The notes under the pieces are model-generated. The model was not told the origin of the DNA. It ran no database searches and worked only from the letters and a program-made list of their open reading frames with translations. A stretch of 64,000 nt of DNA from an uncultured delta proteobacterium. Lineage in GTDB: Bacteria > Desulfobacterota > Binatia > Binatales > Binataceae. Both the position numbers and the translations under genes were made by a program. Each line of letters begins with the position of its first letter. Position 1 is the first letter of the stretch. Positions 60,942 to 64,000 of this stretch are shown piece after piece. Location of the stretch: the NCBI GenBank assembly GCA_963842085.1, contig CAWJET010000001.1:1120001-1184000 (forward strand). The letters run 5' to 3'.

Positions 60942-61954
60942 CTCACCTGCCCTCGATATGACCGGCGCGGTGCAGTCGGCGCGGCCGGGTAACGGTTTGC
61001 CAGCCAAATCAGAAATACAAAGATCCCGATGAGCGAGGTGAAGAACGCCACGTACCCAAGCGTACGGCGCATCCGCTGCATCGCGAGGCTGCGCGGATGG
61101 AGGCGCTGCGCGCGGCCCTTGGGAACGACGCGCGACGGATCGCGCAGGTCCTCGAGCATCGCAGCCGCGGTCGCGTAGCGATCGCGCGGATTGCGCTCGA
61201 TCGCGTGCAGGACGATCTCCTCGAGATGCTGATCGAGATCGGGCTTGAACGCGGTCGGCGGCTGCGGATCTTCGGCGGTCTTCGAGCGCATCACGGTGTA
61301 GACGTTGGGACCCGAGTACGGCAGGTGGCCGGTCAGCATCTCGTACAGAATCACGCCCAACGAATAGATGTCGGTGCGGACGTCGCCGCGCCGGCCGCTG
61401 ACCTGTTCGGGCGCCATGTAGTCGGGCGTGCCGATGGTCGACGACAGGCCGGACCACGTCAGCCGCCGCGCGGATTCGTCGAGTGCGATGCCAAAGTCCA
61501 TGATTTTAGTCTTGCCCGCGGCGGTCACCAGGACGTTTTCCGGCTTCAGATCGCGATGCACCACGCCTTCGCCGTGCATATACACCAGCGTCTCCGCCAA
61601 CTGGCGCGCGAGACCGAGCGCCTTCTCCACCGGCAGCCCGCCATCGCTTCGCATGATGGCGCGCAGCGACTCGCCCTCGACGTACTCCATCGCGATGTAC
61701 ATCCGGCTTTTGCGCCTGGGGGTGAGGACCTTGATGATGCCGGGATGGTTGAGGCGGCGCCCGACTTCTTCTTCGCGCTGAAAGCGGCCGTAGAAGACCA
61801 CGTCGCTCTCGAACTGCATGTAGGGCACTTTGATCGCGACGGTCGCGCCGCCGATCTGATCGATGGCTTTGAAGATCGACGCCATCCCGCTGCGCGCGAT
61901 CACCTCGATCAATTTGTACTGATCGAGGTTTTCACCAACGCTGACCTCGCGCAT
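60938..61954 (-). CDS. Hanks-type Ser/Thr protein kinase with C-terminal TM and no extracellular domain
   Basis: SGMA, VAIK, F.RE, HRDLKPEN, DFG, GTPDYMAPE, DIYSLG; TM near the C-terminus. Confidence 0.95.
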   Translation of the reverse strand: MREVSVGENLDQYKLIEVIARSGMASIFKAIDQIGGATVAIKVPYMQFESDVVFYGRFQREEEVGRRLNHPGIIKVLTPRRKSRMYIAMEYVEGESLRAIMRSDGGLPVEKALGLARQLAETLVYMHGEGVVHRDLKPENVLVTAAGKTKIMDFGIALDESARRLTWSGLSSTIGTPDYMAPEQVSGRRGDVRTDIYSLGVILYEMLTGHLPYSGPNVYTVMRSKTAEDPQPPTAFKPDLDQHLEEIVLHAIERNPRDRYATAAAMLEDLRDPSRVVPKGRAQRLHPRSLAMQRMRRTLGYVAFFTSLIGIFVFLIWLANRYPAAPTAPRRSYRGQVR

Positions 61955-62041
61955 CTTTCGGACCGTCTGGGGAAAAGGCGGTCAGCGGACGTTAACACCC
62001 GGCACGCCGGCAATGGAAGGGGACGGCGGCGTCCGGATGAC

Positions 62042-62869
62042 TCATCGCCCGAACAATCCTCGAATTCGATCGCGCCATCCGCCGGTGCTCGCCGTATGCC
62101 CCGTATGCGACGTCATTCTGAAGACCGCACAGGTCAGATTGTCAGCGGTACCGCGCTGGTTGGCCGTATCGATCAGGCTCCGGCAGGCCGTCTCGGCGTC
62201 AACCTCGCGTGTCAGCGATTCGAGTTCCTCCGCGTCGAGCACGTTGTAGAGTCCGTCGCTGCACAATATCAGGCGGTCGTGCTCCAGCAGCGGCAGCGTG
62301 ATCCGATCGATCGACGCTATCAACTCGCGCCCGAGGCTGCGCAGCAGCATCCCACGCTCAGGATGAGTCTTTGCGCGCGCCGCCGTCATCATGCCCATCC
62401 TGACCTTGTCGGCGACCATCGTGTGATCCTTGGTGACAACTGAGATTTGGCTGTGACGAATCAGATGCAGCCGGCAATCTCCGATGTGCACCGCCGACAA
62501 TATCCCCTTCTCCACCGCAACCGCGGTCATCGTGGTCGCCATGCGGCCCAGTTCCGGCACCGTCAGCGCCTTGTCGTGAATCCCGATGTTGGCCCGCGTG
62601 ATCGCGCGATAGAGCCGCTTGGCGGCGCCCCACTCCGGCGGGCTCTCGCGGTAAGCTTCGAGCGTTATGTCGATCGCCATGCGGCTGGCGATTTCGCCGC
62701 CTTCGTAGCCGCCGACGCCGTCGGCAACCGCAAACACCACGCTGTCGGGACTCTCGATGAAATGCCCGCACGAATCTTCATTGTCGGGGCGCGTTGTACC
62801 TACGTCGGACAGCAGCGCCAACTCGAAAGCCTGCTCCACGGCTGGGGGAGCGGACGGCGGCGAATCCAT
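62042..62869 (-). CDS. PP2C/PPM Ser/Thr phosphatase
   Basis: SDVG..R..NED, VADG.GG, M.TT, HIGDCR, TKDH, LCSDGL, G..DN.T. Confidence 0.95.
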   Translation of the reverse strand: MDSPPSAPPAVEQAFELALLSDVGTTRPDNEDSCGHFIESPDSVVFAVADGVGGYEGGEIASRMAIDITLEAYRESPPEWGAAKRLYRAITRANIGIHDKALTVPELGRMATTMTAVAVEKGILSAVHIGDCRLHLIRHSQISVVTKDHTMVADKVRMGMMTAARAKTHPERGMLLRSLGRELIASIDRITLPLLEHDRLILCSDGLYNVLDAEELESLTREVDAETACRSLIDTANQRGTADNLTCAVFRMTSHTGHTASTGGWRDRIRGLFGR

Positions 62870-62929
62870 TTGCAGTGCGTTACCCAGAACTAACTTGGCC
62901 TTGAAGTGAAAGTTGTTTCAAACGGCCAA

Positions 62930-62961
62930 GGGGCGAGCCGCGATCGCTCGCGGCTCGCCCC
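62930..62961 (-). terminator. 14-bp GC hairpin after the permease (no U-run)
   Basis: GGGGCGAGCCGCGA-tcgc-TCGCGGCTCGCCCC. Confidence 0.55.
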
Positions 62962-62992
62962 ACGGATTTATTCGCCAAGCCAACTGTTGGGA

Positions 62993-64000
62993 TTAGGCCG
63001 GCTTGGTTACGAGAATCGTCTCCTTGCCCTTCTTCTTCGAGTTACGTACGAAGTAAATCCATCCGTAGATTCCCCAAACGATCGACAGCACCACCGCGAT
63101 GATCGGCTCCTTCCAACTACCGAGCCCTTCGATTGGCCCGATGATATAGAACGCCATGCAGGCGAAGTTCGCGAGCGCGCCGAATACCGGCACCACCATG
63201 TGCTTGAAGCCGTTGAACTCGTCATGCTCGCGGAAGGCTACGATGCAGATGACGTTAGTCAGACCGTAGAGCCCGAACGTTCCGAAGTTGGAAATCAGCG
63301 TCACCAGCGAGAGCCCGTTTGGGAGCGAGGCCAAGGTCGCGTTCGAGCCGATGCCCAGCGCATACCAGACGGTGTGCGGCAGCGCAGCGATGGTCTTGTC
63401 GTCGGGAGCTGCGGGCCCGCAGAAGAAGAACAGCGCGGCGAACGCGCCCAGGATTGCCGAGATCGTCGCGAGCGTCCAAATCGCGCGATGCGGCGTCAGG
63501 TTCTCGCCGTGCAGCATGCCGAAGTGTTCCGGCACTTCTTCGTCGCGGCCCATCGCGTAGGTCACGCGCGCCCCGGTGTTGATGCAGCTCAGGGTAGTGC
63601 CGATCAGCGCCAGGAACACTGTCAGCGCTTCGAGCAGCATGAACGCTTGGCCGTGTCCGCTGAGCAGGGTGTTTCCGATGATGACCATCATATCGCCGAT
63701 TGGCGCGGCCGAGCCTTTCGCGTCGGCCAGGCTGTAGGCGCTGTTCATGAAGTAATTCGCGGCGAAGTATTCGATCAGGTACATGAACAGGCACTGGATC
63801 GTGATCGACAGCAACACGCCACGCGGAATATCCTTCTTGGGGTTTATGGCCTCCTCTCCGAGCGAAGTGATCGACTCGAAGCCGACCAGCAGCAGGATTG
63901 CGATCGTCGCTTGCAGCATCAGCCAGTTGAAATTGTGCGGCAGGATCACCGAGAGCGCGCCTGGATGCGCCGGCGCGTCGCCGCTGAACGTGTAATGCAG
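62993..64000 (-). CDS. APC-family amino acid/amine permease (5' end outside window)
   Basis: VGFES...LGEEA.NPKK.IP, ..N.GAR..YAMGRD...P..FG.LH....TP..A; multiple TM helices. Confidence 0.9.
   Translation of the reverse strand: MHYTFSGDAPAHPGALSVILPHNFNWLMLQATIAILLLVGFESITSLGEEAINPKKDIPRGVLLSITIQCLFMYLIEYFAANYFMNSAYSLADAKGSAAPIGDMMVIIGNTLLSGHGQAFMLLEALTVFLALIGTTLSCINTGARVTYAMGRDEEVPEHFGMLHGENLTPHRAIWTLATISAILGAFAALFFFCGPAAPDDKTIAALPHTVWYALGIGSNATLASLPNGLSLVTLISNFGTFGLYGLTNVICIVAFREHDEFNGFKHMVVPVFGALANFACMAFYIIGPIEGLGSWKEPIIAVVLSIVWGIYGWIYFVRNSKKKGKETILVTKPA

Noticed and set aside
59502-61457. 651-aa ORF suggesting a kinase-Amt fusion
   Set aside because: The upstream part is an off-frame read through the kinase; the genes are separate with an ATGA overlap, and Amt has its own signal peptide

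Overview
High-GC bacterial chromosome segment. The gene order (rpsB-tsf-pyrH-frr-uppS-cdsA-rseP-tsaB-DUF465-ilvN-ilvC-psd-pssA-leuA-leuB-asd/usg-truA) is deltaproteobacterial-like, and my inference from synteny and gene content is Candidatus Binatia/Binatota. Most of the window is housekeeping or metabolic: HU, rarA, type II PanK, a CoA-transferase III pair, lolE-like, selA, GH36/galK/nucleotidyltransferase, ribB(A), dsbD, gyrBA, an aminotransferase divergent from glcDEF, and Lrp-gltBD. Notable features are: (1) a ~2.1 kb lower-GC island in the 3' end of galK, bounded by a 57-bp imperfect direct repeat with a 37-bp perfect core, with no integrase, carrying a frameshifted DUF3800-like gene and a hicB-HTH-hicA arrangement; (2) an APC permease-PP2C-membrane Ser/Thr kinase-Amt cluster in which the kinase is translationally coupled to the ammonium transporter and no PII gene is present in the window; (3) an unannotated Leu-rich leader peptide and attenuator before leuA; (4) a MITE-like insertion that duplicated an RBS between the two CoA-transferase genes; (5) a small CxxC ORF between gyrB and gyrA. 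I saw no tRNA, rRNA or CRISPR array. All calls come from reading motifs by eye; no database search was run.
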